A stretch of DNA of 64,000 nucleotides, taken from IMG/VR virus record IMGVR_UViG_3300037041_001101, positions 985-64,984 of that record. One strand, 5' to 3'. Every line of letters begins with the position of its first letter. The first letter of the stretch is position 1. The stretch is from a virus. Taxonomy: Duplodnaviria > Caudoviricetes. Both the position numbers and the translations under genes were made by a program. Below are positions 44,755 through 54,511 of the stretch, in pieces. The notes beneath the pieces are model-generated. The model did not search any database, had not been told where the DNA came from, and worked only from the letters and a program-made list of their open reading frames with translations.

Positions 44755-46698
44755 ATGGCTAGTCGCTACTGGGTAGGCGGTACAGGTTCGTGGACAACCA
44801 CCAACACCACCAACTGGAGCACAACATCGGGCGGTGCAGGAGGCGCATCAGTTCCAACAGTACTTGATGCGGTATTCTTTGACGGTTTATCGGGTACAGG
44901 TACTGTAACCACATCTCCCAGTGTAACCTGTGAAGCAATGACGATTAATCGTACAGGCCTAACCCTTACACTGGGTGCGGCTTTTGTTGCAACTGGCGTG
45001 GTTACGCTAACAATCGGTAATTTAAATTTAGCCGGATACTCGTTGACGTGCTTTACGTTTAATTCTTCCAATATCTATACGCGTTCTATTGCGTTTGGTA
45101 CGACAGGTCAATTCTTTTGTACAGGCAGTGGCGCTATTTGGAATACTGGTACAACAACTGGGTTGACTATTACCGGTACTAACCCAACCGTTAACTATAC
45201 TTATGCTGGGCTTTCCGCTTCTACATTTGCTGCTGGAACAACGCTCGGTGTTTCAAATTTATTGTCTCTCAATATTACTGCTGGTACCTATAGTTTCACT
45301 ACCAGCGCTATGATTAATAACCTAAACTTTACTGGTTATAGTGGTACTTTTAGGGGTCTTTCACTTAACCTATACGGAAGCTTAACACTATCACCTACAA
45401 TGAGTGTGTCAGCTACAACTTCTACTTTATCCTTTTTAGGTACATCTGGTACTCAGCTTATAAACACCAATGGTGTGCTTATCGACATGCCTGTCGTCTT
45501 CAACGGTGTTGGCGGTACGTTTAAACTTCAAGATGCGTTAACAATCGGTACGACTAGGACAATTACTTTAACCAACGGCACATTCGACGCTGATATTTAT
45601 AATGTAACAACGGGACTGTTTGCTTCAAGTAATGCAAATACGCGCTCGCTATTGATGGGTAGTGGTACATGGACGTTATCTAATGTGGGTACGGTTTGGA
45701 ATCTGGCAACTGCTACAGGGTTAACTTTTAACGCAAGTACATCAACGATCAGTTTAACGAACACCTCAGTAACTGCTCGAACTTTTGCGGGAGGTAGTTT
45801 AACATACAATGTTTTAAGCATAGATGGTTTGTCTGGAATTTCAGATCTTTATGTTTCTGGTAATAACACATTTAATACGTTTCGCAGCACTAAACCCATT
45901 GCTCATAGAATACTATTTACTAATGCTTCAACTCAAACCATTAGTAATTGGGGAGTATCTGGCAGTTCAGGTAATTCGGTTACGGTATCTAGTACAAGTT
46001 CAACCAGAGCTAATTTGGTTAAATCAGGCGGTGGGATCGTCTCTGCGGATTACTTAAGAATCTCTAATACCAACGCCACACCATCAACAGCTACTTGGTA
46101 TGCGGGCACTCATTCTTTAAATTTAGGGAATAACATTGGTTGGTTGTTTGTTGCACCGCCGCTCAATTACACATTAGGCGCATCTGCCGGTACCTATAGC
46201 GAAACAGGTGTTGCAGCAACACTCACCTATGTGGCAGGCAATGTCGCTTATAATTACACATTAACCGCATCTACCGGTGCCTATAGTGAAGCAGGGATTG
46301 CAGCCACACTTGTGTATGTGTCAGGCGCTGGTGCTTATAATTACACGTTAAGTACGTCCACTGGAGTCTATAGTTGTATAGGTATGGACGCTAGTTTTAG
46401 GCTAAATAAAAAACTGATAGCGTCAAGAGGTAGCTACACCTATACAAAAAACGCAGCGGATTTAAATTTTGTATCAAAAGGTTGGCAACCTATCGATAAT
46501 CAAAACACACCTGCGTGGCAAAATTTAAGCACAACACAAACCCCAACTTGGGCACCTGTGAACACTACTTCAAACCCACTCGTTGTTTTAGGTTGGGATA
46601 ATGAGGCTGGGCAAATAGTAGGTTGGCTAAACAATTTTGGAAATACCGTTTCATGGACAAATGTTTTTTCTTGGCAACCTATAAACACATCTAAATAG
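44755..46698 (+). CDS. Thr/Gly-rich beta-solenoid virion protein
   Basis: RYWVGGTG.W, GASVP..D.V.FD, WYAG..S..GW; three YTL.AS.G.YS repeats. Confidence 0.7.
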   Translation: MASRYWVGGTGSWTTTNTTNWSTTSGGAGGASVPTVLDAVFFDGLSGTGTVTTSPSVTCEAMTINRTGLTLTLGAAFVATGVVTLTIGNLNLAGYSLTCFTFNSSNIYTRSIAFGTTGQFFCTGSGAIWNTGTTTGLTITGTNPTVNYTYAGLSASTFAAGTTLGVSNLLSLNITAGTYSFTTSAMINNLNFTGYSGTFRGLSLNLYGSLTLSPTMSVSATTSTLSFLGTSGTQLINTNGVLIDMPVVFNGVGGTFKLQDALTIGTTRTITLTNGTFDADIYNVTTGLFASSNANTRSLLMGSGTWTLSNVGTVWNLATATGLTFNASTSTISLTNTSVTARTFAGGSLTYNVLSIDGLSGISDLYVSGNNTFNTFRSTKPIAHRILFTNASTQTISNWGVSGSSGNSVTVSSTSSTRANLVKSGGGIVSADYLRISNTNATPSTATWYAGTHSLNLGNNIGWLFVAPPLNYTLGASAGTYSETGVAATLTYVAGNVAYNYTLTASTGAYSEAGIAATLVYVSGAGAYNYTLSTSTGVYSCIGMDASFRLNKKLIASRGSYTYTKNAADLNFVSKGWQPIDNQNTPAWQNLSTTQTPTWAPVNTTSNPLVVLGWDNEAGQIVGWLNNFGNTVSWTNVFSWQPINTSK

Positions 46699-46705
46699 GA
46701 TATTT

Positions 46706-48946
46706 ATGACTGTTCCATATGTTTTTAAAAACGCAACGGGTACTATACCGTTATCTCAGTTGGATGATAATTTTACGGCTGTTGTTGATAAAGCAACTTT
46801 GGCCGGAACTTCAGGCGCAACCTCGATCGGTATAACCCCCGCAGGTACAATCTCTGCTACTACCGTTGCAGGTGCGCTTAACGAGTTAGATACTGAGAAA
46901 GCCACTACAGCAAGTGTTGCTCTAAAAGCAAACATTTCAAACCTAGCCGCGTCAACAGGTGCAGCAACAGTTGGGTTTACGCCCAGTGGAACAATGGTTG
47001 CTACGAACGTACAAACTGCGATAACAGAACTCAGCACATCGTTTGTGCCTACGAGCGCATCCGCAGTAGGGTTTACTCCCACTGGAACAATCACTGCTAC
47101 GAACGTACAAGGTGCAATAGTAGAAATCAATACAGATCTGGCCGCACCCACAGGCGCATCCACAGTGGGGTTTGCGCCCACTGGGACAATAGCCGCTACA
47201 ACCGTACAAACTGCGATAGCAGAAATTAACACAGATCTTGCATTGAGTACAGGTGCAGCTCTGGTAGGGTTTGCGCCCACTGGGACAATAGCCGCTACAA
47301 CTGTACAAACTGCGATAGCAGAAATTAACACAGATCTGGCACTGTCTACAGGCGCAGCTCTGGTGGGGTTCGCTCCGATTGGGACAATAGCTGCAACAAC
47401 CGTACAAACTGCGATAGAAGAAATTAACACAGATCTCGCATTGAGTACGGGTTCAACTTTAGTGGGAAACATACAACCTGGCACAGGTGCAGTTGCCCGT
47501 ACTGTTAACGCTAAACTAAGAGAAACGGTGTCGGTCAAAGATTTTGGCGCTGTTGGTAACGGGATCGCTAATGATACCACCGCTATAAACAACGCCATAC
47601 TTGCCGTAAATGCACAAGGTTCTGTTAAGTTGTATTTTCCGGCTGGTATATACCGATATCAGGGAGGTGGTTGGTTGGGCGACGGTGTTGTTATTACAGG
47701 CGATGGTCGAAATGCAACAATTATTCGTTCGATTATAGCAAGCCCCACAAGTGGCTACTTGTTTTCCTGTGGGGGATATGGCGCTGGTATTCAAGATGTA
47801 CGTTTCGATGCTGTTGGAACAAGCCAAACAGGAGGATGTTATGTTTGGTTACAAGGGGCTGAGTCATTTATAGATAATTTTTACATGACAGGGGATTATA
47901 ATGGTGTTTTGATGACCGGTAATGTTTCCCGTATTCGGCATGGTCGATTTCAAAATGGTGCTTCTGGCGCTATTCGTATTCGTGCCGAGGGCGGTGATAA
48001 CAGCCAAAGTATTGATGATGTGTTAATGGGCGCTCAAACACCTCAGATAAGTTTTGCGGGTATTCGTGTTCGTAACTCATCTGCTTTAATGATCACAAAC
48101 ACTTCGGTAATTCAACAGGGACATGGGTTGTTGATTGACCCAACAACGGCTACCACCAGTGCAAACACAGCCGACGGTAGTGTGTTTAGTTTGTATGTAA
48201 ACAACTGTTTTTTTGACAACAATAGCGGTAACGGAATTCGGATTGTACCAACCGGAAATAGTTCGGTTGTTAGATGCCGGTTTGCAAATGTTTGGGCATC
48301 ATCGTCTAATTCCGATGGAATTTTAATTCAAAATTCAAGTAGCGCAACAATTTCTGGAATGCACTTTGAGTCACCCCATATTCTATTGAACACAGGTTCA
48401 GGGGTTTCACTCGGTGGTACTTTGTCCGACATTGCAATTAATGGTGGAGAGATCTGTAATAATTCTTATGGTGTTTATGTAAATAATACAGTAACTAATT
48501 TGAGAATCATTGGCGCTACCATTGGTTCTGGAGCTGGCCTTTCAGGAAATACAAATAGTGGAGTTGCTTTTGGAACAGGGACATCTGCCTCAGATTACAT
48601 AGCCATTGCAAACAACGTGATGCGAAACAATGGCGCTGTTGCCATCGTCTCATCTTCTGTCAGTGGAGTAAATCTTTCAATTTATAGCAATATTGGATAT
48701 AAAAATTCTTACAGGGGTGTAGCAACTTTTCCTTCTGGAAGTTCTTCGCTAGTAGTTACACATGGTTTATCAGTAACACCTGGTCAAGGAGATTTTTTAA
48801 TTTCCCCTACTGTAAATGTGACTGCTGGAGGCGTAACTCAATATTGGGTATCGTCCGCAAATTCAACAACATTCACTATTAGTGTTAATGCTACAGTAAC
48901 AGCGACTTTATATTTTGTTTGGGATGTTAAGACGGCAGGGGCATAA
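46706..48946 (+). CDS. Tailspike with pectate-lyase-like beta-helix
   Basis: GAVARTV..KLRE.VSVKDFGAVGNG..DT.AI, LYFPAG.Y; N-terminal repeats. Confidence 0.85.
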   Translation: MTVPYVFKNATGTIPLSQLDDNFTAVVDKATLAGTSGATSIGITPAGTISATTVAGALNELDTEKATTASVALKANISNLAASTGAATVGFTPSGTMVATNVQTAITELSTSFVPTSASAVGFTPTGTITATNVQGAIVEINTDLAAPTGASTVGFAPTGTIAATTVQTAIAEINTDLALSTGAALVGFAPTGTIAATTVQTAIAEINTDLALSTGAALVGFAPIGTIAATTVQTAIEEINTDLALSTGSTLVGNIQPGTGAVARTVNAKLRETVSVKDFGAVGNGIANDTTAINNAILAVNAQGSVKLYFPAGIYRYQGGGWLGDGVVITGDGRNATIIRSIIASPTSGYLFSCGGYGAGIQDVRFDAVGTSQTGGCYVWLQGAESFIDNFYMTGDYNGVLMTGNVSRIRHGRFQNGASGAIRIRAEGGDNSQSIDDVLMGAQTPQISFAGIRVRNSSALMITNTSVIQQGHGLLIDPTTATTSANTADGSVFSLYVNNCFFDNNSGNGIRIVPTGNSSVVRCRFANVWASSSNSDGILIQNSSSATISGMHFESPHILLNTGSGVSLGGTLSDIAINGGEICNNSYGVYVNNTVTNLRIIGATIGSGAGLSGNTNSGVAFGTGTSASDYIAIANNVMRNNGAVAIVSSSVSGVNLSIYSNIGYKNSYRGVATFPSGSSSLVVTHGLSVTPGQGDFLISPTVNVTAGGVTQYWVSSANSTTFTISVNATVTATLYFVWDVKTAGA
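46973..47465 (+). repeat. 99-bp (33-aa) coding tandem repeat in the tailspike
   Basis: GF.P.GTI.AT.VQ.AI.EINTDLA..TGA..V at 47069, 47168, 47267, 47366 plus degenerate copies. Confidence 0.9.
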
Positions 48947-49018
48947 TTAGTGTGATCGTTACGCATAAACAATAACTTGGCAATTACTCGATACGAAACA
49001 GTAAAATAAGGTACAATT

Positions 49019-49207
49019 ATGAAAGAATTTATGATAAACCGTTTGAAAGAACCATCCACTTGGAGGTCTGCGATATGGGTACTAACAAGTTTTGGGTTGG
49101 TTGCATTTGAAGGTGAGCAAGCGGAGGCGATTATCGCACTCGGTATGTGTCTTGCTGGAAGTGTTGGGGTTTTATCTCCTGACAAGCTGTTCAATAAAAA
49201 AGTGTGA
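49019..49207 (+). CDS. Putative holin
   Basis: RLKEPSTW plus two TM segments and basic tail. Confidence 0.65.
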   Translation: MKEFMINRLKEPSTWRSAIWVLTSFGLVAFEGEQAEAIIALGMCLAGSVGVLSPDKLFNKKV

Positions 49208-49325
49208 TCTATACCCCGCTACGATAGAACAGATTGGTTGGGTAAATACCACCTTTGATGGTGGTCAAATAATAGTTGATTGTAAGGTGGAAACAGATGA
49301 ATATAAAAGCGATAGTAATCAGTAA
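49113..49325 (+). CDS. Candidate lipoprotein overlapping the holin (+1 frame)
   Basis: KRRR n-region, hydrophobic core, lipobox LTSC (Cys at 49188). Confidence 0.45.
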   Translation: MSKRRRLSHSVCVLLEVLGFYLLTSCSIKKCDLYPATIEQIGWVNTTFDGGQIIVDCKVETDEYKSDSNQ

Positions 49326-49527
49326 CGCAGCCAAGTTAATCCTCGGTGGAAAGTTATGGGTAGACGTGCGTCGCCTTGTGTCGACTATCAATGGCGATAC
49401 AAACCTGACAGGTGCTGAGAAACGCGCATCTGTTTACTCAGATTTACGTGTTATCTTTAGCAATGTGAGTACCGTGCTTTTAAACTGCTCCATCGAGATC
49501 GCTACGCTTTGGGTTAAGACCCTTTAA
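49297..49527 (+). CDS. Hypothetical lysis-region protein
   Basis: TGAEKR..V, LN..IE.A. Confidence 0.55.
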   Translation: MNIKAIVISNAAKLILGGKLWVDVRRLVSTINGDTNLTGAEKRASVYSDLRVIFSNVSTVLLNCSIEIATLWVKTL

Positions 49528-49542
49528 TTAAGGAATACAGAT

Positions 49543-50796
49543 ATGCCAAGTTCTAGCTCAACATCACTACGCTTGGAGCTAATGGCTTCAGGAGAAAAGG
49601 CCAACACATGGGGCGACATAACAAACAATAATCTAGGCACACTTTTAGAAGAAGCGATTTGCGGTTACATAGAGGTGATGGTATCCGATACAGTAGACAC
49701 TGTTCTTAACAACGCTGATTGGGTGTCAAACGAAGCACGTAACGCGGTTATTCATTTGATAGGTACGACAACCTCTATTAGAACCATCATTGCGCCACAA
49801 GCGCCTAAAGTTTACATTATAAAGAACGATACAAGTGGTGGGTATAATGTTGTGTTTAAAAGAGCGGGTGGTGTGGGTATAACCATACCTAACGATAAAA
49901 CCGTTATCTTGTATTACAACAGTATTACTACAGATTTTGAACAGATCGTACCATACTACGCAGATTTAGCGCAGAACCTTTCGGGTGGTATTGCTTGGAA
50001 CACGGCGGGAAGAATTAATTCTGTTGCTAATATGTTGACTTGGAGCGATGGTGGTGACAACCATGTTGTTTTTGACGCTTCTGATGGCAATGCGCCAGAT
50101 TTAACACCTGTAAATAACGAAAATTCAGCAACCGCATGGCAAGCCGGTTACCCAACACTAATGGGGTGGAACGGAACTTCCACATATGGAGTCCGTGTCG
50201 ATAGTGCGCGATTAGCAAACACTTCAAGCGCTTGTTCAGGCAATGCGGCTACTGCAACAACAGCGACCAATACTGCAGGGGGTACTATTTACGGAACCTT
50301 AGTAAGCACAGGGGGAACTATTTATGCGGCTGGCACTATAAATTCTGGAAGTAGTATACAAGCGGATACCAGTGTAAGAGCAAACACCACTCTAATTGCG
50401 GGTAGTAATATAAAAGGTGAGCATTGGGGTGGCGGTGGATCAACAGATTGCTGGATTCAGGATCAAGGTCTCCTATACAGGAATTCTGACTCATCGCTTA
50501 AACAAGAAGATTTAACAGCATCTATCCCTGGTCTTGCTGAATTATTGCAATTACAACCAAAAGCGTATAAATGGCTTTGGGACATTGAAGCTAGAGGTGC
50601 TGACGCTGTTACTGAAGTTGGTTTTTTTGCCGATCAAGTAGCGCCTATTATCCCATCGGCTGCACCTAAAGATAAAGATGGGTTATATGGGTTTTTCAGT
50701 AGACCGATTATTGCGGCGTTAGTCAATGCGGTTAAAGAACAGCAAGTAATGATAAACACATTAACTGATCGTATTACTGCGTTAGAAGCTAAGTAG
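49543..50796 (+). CDS. Tail fibre with C-terminal S74-type intramolecular chaperone
   Basis: L.LEL...GE...TWG..TN.N; SD..LK, L.P..Y.W, GF.A..V, LVNAVKE. Confidence 0.8.
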   Translation: MPSSSSTSLRLELMASGEKANTWGDITNNNLGTLLEEAICGYIEVMVSDTVDTVLNNADWVSNEARNAVIHLIGTTTSIRTIIAPQAPKVYIIKNDTSGGYNVVFKRAGGVGITIPNDKTVILYYNSITTDFEQIVPYYADLAQNLSGGIAWNTAGRINSVANMLTWSDGGDNHVVFDASDGNAPDLTPVNNENSATAWQAGYPTLMGWNGTSTYGVRVDSARLANTSSACSGNAATATTATNTAGGTIYGTLVSTGGTIYAAGTINSGSSIQADTSVRANTTLIAGSNIKGEHWGGGGSTDCWIQDQGLLYRNSDSSLKQEDLTASIPGLAELLQLQPKAYKWLWDIEARGADAVTEVGFFADQVAPIIPSAAPKDKDGLYGFFSRPIIAALVNAVKEQQVMINTLTDRITALEAK

Positions 50797-51333
50797 ATGA
50801 AAGCCAACTTCTCAATTGCTTTGAAGCATATCTTTGAATCTGAAGGCGGTTATCAAGAGGATAGCAAAGACTCTGGTAATCGGCTTTCTAATGGTCGATC
50901 AGGCTCTACCAACCTAGGTGTCACACAAGCGGTTTGGGAAGAATGGGTAGGCCATCCTGTCAGTAAAGAAGATATGCGTAACCTGAGGCGAGAAGGTGTG
51001 GAAAGACTGTATCGTAAAAAGTACTGGGATGTGGTACAGGGTGATGATTTACCTGTAGGTTTAGACTTTCTTATGTTAGACTTTGCTATCAATGCAGGTC
51101 CGGGTAGAGCGATCAAAACATTACAAGAAGCGTTAGGGGTAACAACTGACGGAAACATCGGACCTAAAACTGCATACGAGATCAAACGCGCCTCAACAAA
51201 AGAACTCATCAAAAAGTTCACAAAAATCAAAGATACTTTTTATAAAGAATGTCGCGGGTTCCCAACTTATGGAAAAGGATGGTTGAATCGTTCAGCAAAG
51301 GCAGAAGCTCTTGCTAATACTATGATAGGATAA
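50797..51333 (+). CDS. Endolysin (GH108 plus PG-binding domain)
   Basis: SEGGY..D.G, G.TNLGVT, Y...YW, DFAINAG, DG.IGPKT, GKGWLNR. Confidence 0.92.
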   Translation: MKANFSIALKHIFESEGGYQEDSKDSGNRLSNGRSGSTNLGVTQAVWEEWVGHPVSKEDMRNLRREGVERLYRKKYWDVVQGDDLPVGLDFLMLDFAINAGPGRAIKTLQEALGVTTDGNIGPKTAYEIKRASTKELIKKFTKIKDTFYKECRGFPTYGKGWLNRSAKAEALANTMIG

Positions 51334-51336
51334 GTT

Positions 51337-53427
51337 ATGCCATTACAGAAAATGCAACTGGTTCCGGGGATTAACAAGGAAAGCACGGCGTATGGAAGTG
51401 AGGGAACATGGTACGACTGCGACAAAGTGCGTTTTCGTTCGGGCAATCCTGAGAAGATCGGTGGATGGACTCGCTACTCTGATTATCAATACACCGGTGT
51501 TGCACGTAACCTATGGAATTGGATTGATCTGACCAACAATAACTGGTTAGCGATCGGAACAACCAGTAAGTTTTACGTAGAGAACGGTGGTACCTTCTAC
51601 GATGTCACGCCAATACGAGGCGCTGTTTTTACTACTGCTCTAGGTTACGACCTGTGGTACACATCAGGTGCTGCACCAACAGCAACCAACAATTGTTTTA
51701 CCACGGTCTCTGGTTCAAAAACGGTTACCGTAGCGATATCAGGTCACGGTGCGATTGACGGCGACTATGTTACTTTCTATGGTGTGACAGGCACGTACGC
51801 AACCGCATTAAATAAAGAGTTTGTAGTCACCTTTGTTAGTAACAGTTCGTTCACTATTGAGTTAGATGTTGCTGCTACTACATCAGGTACTACCGGTGGC
51901 ACAGGTTTATTAGGAACAACTTACGCTGCGTTTCAAATAACAACAGGTACTACCGTCTATAACTCAGGCAATGGTTGGGGTGCAGGTACTTGGAATAGCA
52001 GTACCGCTTGGAATACGCCAACATTAGGCACTTTGTCGGCAGGGGTTGGTATCCAGTTAAGAATATGGACGATTGATAACTTTGGTGAAGATTTACTCTA
52101 CGCTCCTCGTGGCGGCGATGTCTATTATGCAACTACGTTTGCAGGTACTATACCAAGAACACTGTCTTTAAAAACCCAAGCGAGTCTTAATCCTCCATCT
52201 GTTGGCGTTTACATCAATGTGCCAACGGCTGCCAACATTGTTATGTCCTCTAACGAGCAGTTCATTATCCTGATGGGTACGCAGCAGTTAGGCGATGAAG
52301 CGGCACCTGGCGGTAATATAAACCCCTTGCTAGTGCGTTGGTCAGATCAAGCTAATCCTTTTGAGTGGTACCCTAGTGTTACGAATCAGACCGGTGAGTA
52401 CACGTTATCTCACGGGTCAGCCATCATACAAGCGGTTCAAACTCGTCAAGAGACTTTAATCTTTACAGATACTGCTCTGTATTCTATGCAGTATCAAGGT
52501 CCTCCGTATGTGTGGGGCTTTAACTTGTTGATGGACAACATCTCCATCATGTCGCCCAACTCTGCGTACACGGTCAACGGTGTAACTTACTGGATGGGTG
52601 TTGACAAGTTCTATATGTACTCAGGTACGGTAGAGACACTGCCTTGTACGGTCAAACAGTACGTGTTTGAAGACATGAATATCGAACAGTCTTGGCAATC
52701 TTTTGTGGGTGGTAACTCAGGTTATAACGAGGTGTGGTGGTTTTACTGTGGTCAATACGTGTTAGATGGCGACGGTAACACTTTTCTTGATCTGTCTGGT
52801 AACCCGATTAAAAATACACAAATTAATAAATATGTTATCTATAACTATTTGGATAGAACTTGGTATATTGGTACGATGGCAAGAACTGCGTGGCTTGACT
52901 CAGGTCTTAAACCTTTTCCGATAGCGGCTGATTATAACAATCGTATCCTTTATCATGAGAACCATGTGGATGACGTGTCAGGAACCAGTGCGGTTGCAAT
53001 TAATGCGTATGTAAGATCCTCTGAGTTTGATATTGAAGATGGGCAGAGTTTTGGATATATCTGGCGCGTCCTTCCTGACGTTAACTTTAATGCCTCTACC
53101 GTTAACGGTGCTAAAGTGTATATGACGCTTACACCAAGACGTAACTCAGGTTACAAACCTGGAGCGGTTAAAACAACAACATCTCTACCTGTACCTAGTG
53201 CTGTTAACCCCGAACAAAACGCAGTGGAAACACAAAACCCAACAGCGGTTGTTAGTGGTAACGACTATACGCACGCACCTGTGTTTACGGTACAAGAGTT
53301 TACCGGACAAGTGTACACACGTATTCGTGCAAGACAGTGTATTTTTAACGTAAGCTCTAAGGATATCGGTGTGGCATGGCAATTAGGTTCAGTTCGACTG
53401 GACGTTAAACCTAGCGGTAGAAGGTAG
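51337..53427 (+). CDS. Tail nozzle / DNA-stabilisation protein (P22 gp10-like)
   Basis: MPL.K....PG, VRFR.G.PEKIGGW, DNFGEDL, RWSDQ, EVWWFY, RTAW.D, D....GRR. Confidence 0.8.
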   Translation: MPLQKMQLVPGINKESTAYGSEGTWYDCDKVRFRSGNPEKIGGWTRYSDYQYTGVARNLWNWIDLTNNNWLAIGTTSKFYVENGGTFYDVTPIRGAVFTTALGYDLWYTSGAAPTATNNCFTTVSGSKTVTVAISGHGAIDGDYVTFYGVTGTYATALNKEFVVTFVSNSSFTIELDVAATTSGTTGGTGLLGTTYAAFQITTGTTVYNSGNGWGAGTWNSSTAWNTPTLGTLSAGVGIQLRIWTIDNFGEDLLYAPRGGDVYYATTFAGTIPRTLSLKTQASLNPPSVGVYINVPTAANIVMSSNEQFIILMGTQQLGDEAAPGGNINPLLVRWSDQANPFEWYPSVTNQTGEYTLSHGSAIIQAVQTRQETLIFTDTALYSMQYQGPPYVWGFNLLMDNISIMSPNSAYTVNGVTYWMGVDKFYMYSGTVETLPCTVKQYVFEDMNIEQSWQSFVGGNSGYNEVWWFYCGQYVLDGDGNTFLDLSGNPIKNTQINKYVIYNYLDRTWYIGTMARTAWLDSGLKPFPIAADYNNRILYHENHVDDVSGTSAVAINAYVRSSEFDIEDGQSFGYIWRVLPDVNFNASTVNGAKVYMTLTPRRNSGYKPGAVKTTTSLPVPSAVNPEQNAVETQNPTAVVSGNDYTHAPVFTVQEFTGQVYTRIRARQCIFNVSSKDIGVAWQLGSVRLDVKPSGRR

Positions 53428-53430
53428 ATT

Positions 53431-54078
53431 ATGACTATTAAAACAGTACGTGTCAAAACACCGAAAGCGCCTAACTTACCGTTAGCACCAGTTACTTATG
53501 AGAAGCGATTTCATGAGCAGTTTAGTAACGTGTTGCGTCTATACTTTAATCAGGTCGATACGATCATTGAGAGTTTGTTTGGTGTAACAGGTACTAAAAC
53601 ATTACGTGCGCCATACGGTACGTTTATCAGTACTGTCACGCAATCAGCCGCTGCTATAAACACACCCTATACAATGACTTACAACACCACATTGTTTGCC
53701 AGTGAGGTTACTATAGATTCTACAAACCCTTCTCGTGTAACGTGTACAAACGCAGGTGTTTACAATTTTCAATTTTCAGTTCAATTAGAAAAAACAAGTG
53801 GCTCTGCCGGTTATGTCTATATCTGGCCTCGGATAAATGGTGTTGCTATCCCTGACTCTGCAAGTCGAGTAGCTATCCAAGGTAGTGCGGCAGAAGCTAT
53901 CCCCTCTTGGAACTGGGTGGTGGAGATGGAAGCTGACGATTATTTTGAAATAGTTTGGGTTGCCAATGACACCACTATACATCTTAATTCACAACTTGCT
54001 ATCACAACACCTTATGTACGTCCAGCAGTTCCTTCTGTTATACTAAGCGTATGTTTTGTATCCGCGCTTCCTACATAA
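53431..54078 (+). CDS. Tail-associated structural protein
   Basis: APNLP.AP..Y, LRLYFNQ, GVYN.QFS.Q, P..PS.I. Confidence 0.7.
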   Translation: MTIKTVRVKTPKAPNLPLAPVTYEKRFHEQFSNVLRLYFNQVDTIIESLFGVTGTKTLRAPYGTFISTVTQSAAAINTPYTMTYNTTLFASEVTIDSTNPSRVTCTNAGVYNFQFSVQLEKTSGSAGYVYIWPRINGVAIPDSASRVAIQGSAAEAIPSWNWVVEMEADDYFEIVWVANDTTIHLNSQLAITTPYVRPAVPSVILSVCFVSALPT

Positions 54079-54081
54079 ATT

Positions 54082-54510
54082 ATGAGCAACTTATCCCTAC
54101 TGGGCACAATGCCTGAGATACTACAAATCGAACAAGAGATTTTAAAACAACCTCAAGTTGAGTGTCCGTTAATACATTATCATATCGATGGTGTATACGC
54201 ACGTAGAGGGTTCATACCGGCAGGCACTGTGTTAACAGGCGCGATACATAAATTTGAAAGCATCTCCATTCTTGCCCAAGGGACATTACGAATTACCAAT
54301 GGTAATACATCACACATCATATCTGCCCCGCATGTTATGACGGACAAACCCGGCATAAAACGTCTTGGGTATGCGGAAACTGATTGTACGTTTATTACTA
54401 TACATAAAACAAATACAAGAGACGAAGGGGATATCAGAGATAAATTGATCTGTGATACTTTTGAAGATTATGAAAAACACGAACAGCAACTGCTGTTAGG
54501 AGATAAGTAA
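54082..54510 (+). CDS. Cupin-like phage protein
   Basis: H....GVYAR...IPAGT.LTG.IHK, PG.KR..YA..D. Confidence 0.7.
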   Translation: MSNLSLLGTMPEILQIEQEILKQPQVECPLIHYHIDGVYARRGFIPAGTVLTGAIHKFESISILAQGTLRITNGNTSHIISAPHVMTDKPGIKRLGYAETDCTFITIHKTNTRDEGDIRDKLICDTFEDYEKHEQQLLLGDK

Positions 54511-54511
54511 T

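Noticed and set aside
46756-47598. Long antisense ORFs (e.g. 280 aa here, 237 aa at 59917-60630, those opposite 60697-64000)
   Set aside because: Shadows of codon bias and repeats in real plus-strand genes; no motifs or RBS
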